This document shows, piece by piece, positions 36,522-38,256 of a DNA stretch of 38,256 nt. A model generated the notes under the pieces. That model saw nothing but the letters and a program-made list of their open reading frames with translations, made no database searches and had not been told where the DNA came from. The stretch's first letter is position 1, and every line of letters begins with the position of its first letter. A program made the position numbers and the translations under genes. Source of the DNA: Malacoraja senta (lineage: Eukaryota); NCBI GenBank assembly GCA_038087875.1, contig JAXLNO010000100.1, forward strand, positions 1 to 38,256, written 5' to 3'.

Positions 36522-37335
36522 ATGGTAGAGAATTGAGGAATGCAGTTGAACAGAGGAATCTAGGAATAACTGTGCATAGTTCCCTGAAGGTGGAATCTCA
36601 TGTAGATAGGGTGGTAAAGAAAGCTTTTGGTGTGCTGGCCTTTATAAATCAGAGCATTGAATATAGAAGTTGGGATGTAATGTTAAAATTGTACAAGGCA
36701 TTGGTGAGGCCAATTCTAGAGTATGGAGTACAATTTTGGTCGCCTAATTATAGGAAGGATGTCAACAACATAGAGAGAGTACAGAGGAGATTTACTAGAA
36801 TGTTGCCTGGGTTTCAGCAACTAAGTTACAGAGAAAGGTTGAACAAGTTAGGTCTTTATTCTTTGGAGCGCAGAAGGTTAAGAGGGGACTTGATAGAAGT
36901 CTTTAAAATTATGAGCGGGTTAGACAGAGTTGACGTGGATAAGCTTTTTCCATTGAGAGTAGGGAAGATTCAAACAAGGGGACATGACTGGAGAATTAAG
37001 GGACAGAAGTTTAGGGGTAACATTAGGGGGAACTTCTTTACTCAGAGAGTGGTAGCTGTGTGGAATGAGCTTCCAGTGGAAGTGGTGGAGGCTGGTTCGA
37101 TTTTATCCTTTAAAAATAGATTGGATGGGTATATGGACGGGAAAGGAATGGAGGGTTATGGTCTGAGTGCAGTTAGATAGGACTAGGGGGAAGTATTTAT
37201 TTAAAAAAAAAATAATAATAAAATTAAAAAAATTAAAATAATAATAATAATAATAATAATGTTCGGCACGGACTTGAAGGGCCGAGATGGCCTGTTTCCG
37301 TGCTGTAATGGTTATATGGGTTATATGGTTTATGG
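36522..37335 (+). mobile_element. 5'-truncated CR1 within the satellite
   Basis: Open ORF2 C-terminus (LYKALVRPILEYGVQFWSP...), AT-rich tract in the 3'UTR and (ttatatgg) tail. Confidence 0.93.
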
Positions 37336-38256
37336 TTGCCGGATTTATGGCGACATTGCATGAAATATGGCGACCTTGCCGAATTTGTGGCGACCTTGCC
37401 GGTTTTATGGCTACCTTGCCGGATTTGTGGCGACCTTGCCGGATTTATGGCGACCTTGCCGGATTTATGGCGACCTTGCCGGAAATATGGCGACCTCGCC
37501 GGATTTGTGTCGACGTTGCCGGATTTGAGGCGACCTTGCCGGAAATATGGCGACCTCGCCGGATTGTGGCGACCTTGCCGGATTGTGGCGATCTTGTCGG
37601 AAATATGGCGACATTGCCGGATTTGAGGCGACCTTGCCGGATTATTGGCGACCTTGCCGGAAATATGGCGACCTCGCCGGATTTGTGGCGACCTTGCCGG
37701 ATTTATGGCGACCTTGCCGGAAATATGGCGACCTTGCCGGAAATATGGCGACCTTGCTGGATTTGTGGCGACCTTGCCGGAAATATGGCGACCTTGGCGG
37801 AAATATGGCGACCTGGCCGGATTTATGGCAACCTTGCCGGAAATATGGTGACCTTGCCATAAATATAGCGACTTTGCCTGATTTGTGGCGACCTTGCCGG
37901 ATTTATGGCGACGTTGCCGGAAATATGGCGACCTTGCCGGATTTGTGGCGACCTTGCCGGATTTATGGCGACCTTGCCGGAAATATGGCGACCTTGCCGT
38001 ATTTGTGGCGACCTTGCCGGAAATATTGCGACCTTGCTGGAAATATGGGGACCTTGCCGGATTTGTGGCGACCTTGCCGGATTTATGGCGACCTTGCCGG
38101 AAATATGGCGACCTTGCCGGATTTGTGGCGATCTTGCCGGAAATATTGCGACCTTGCTGGAAATATGGGGACCTTGCCGTATTTGTGGCTACCTTGCCGG
38201 ATTTATGGCGACTTTGCCGGAAATATGGCGACATTGCTGGATTTGTGGGGACCTTG

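Larger units (their letters stand above)
31402..38256. repeat. 20-bp CpG-rich satellite (blocks about 31402-34588, 35413-36521 and 37336-38256)
   Basis: Consensus ATGGCGACCTTGCCGGATTT with aaat, tttg and ttta spacer variants; runs off the end of the window. Confidence 0.97.

Noticed and set aside
31320..38234. Many long ORFs (up to 694 aa) of MATLPDLWRPCRI type
   Set aside because: They are translations of a stop-poor 20-bp satellite in all frames, with no coding evidence.
31402..38256. Resemblance to a CRISPR array or bacterial REP (gccggat) repeats
   Set aside because: There are no unique spacers and no cas genes, and the array is interleaved with vertebrate CR1 elements.

Overview
Repeat-dense vertebrate genomic DNA. 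The HE1/V-SINE, CR1, Rex-Babar and Penelope content suggests a cartilaginous fish, probably a skate or ray (inference). The only host gene is an aspartylglucosaminidase (AGA) homologue on the + strand, which the ORF track mostly misses. Exons equivalent to human exons 4, 6, 7 and 8 have canonical splice sites and the lengths I recall for human (113, 76, 108, 134 nt). The exon carrying the HDT autoproteolysis site appears to have lost its 5' half and acceptor, and the last exon is not visible. The introns hold a five-level nested insertion (CR1 > Rex-Babar > non-autonomous Helitron > rearranged Gypsy > two L1s). They also hold a second, near-intact L1 in inverted orientation, an RTE-derived element with a candidate kissing-loop RNA next to a splice donor, Penelope fragments with hammerhead-like cores, a Harbinger-type MITE and a near-intact CR1. 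The last ~6.8 kb is a CpG-rich 20-bp satellite interrupted by CR1 pieces. Most ORFs in the track are artefacts of repeats. Repeat boundaries without a stated TSD are approximate, and family names come from recalled similarity rather than database searches.
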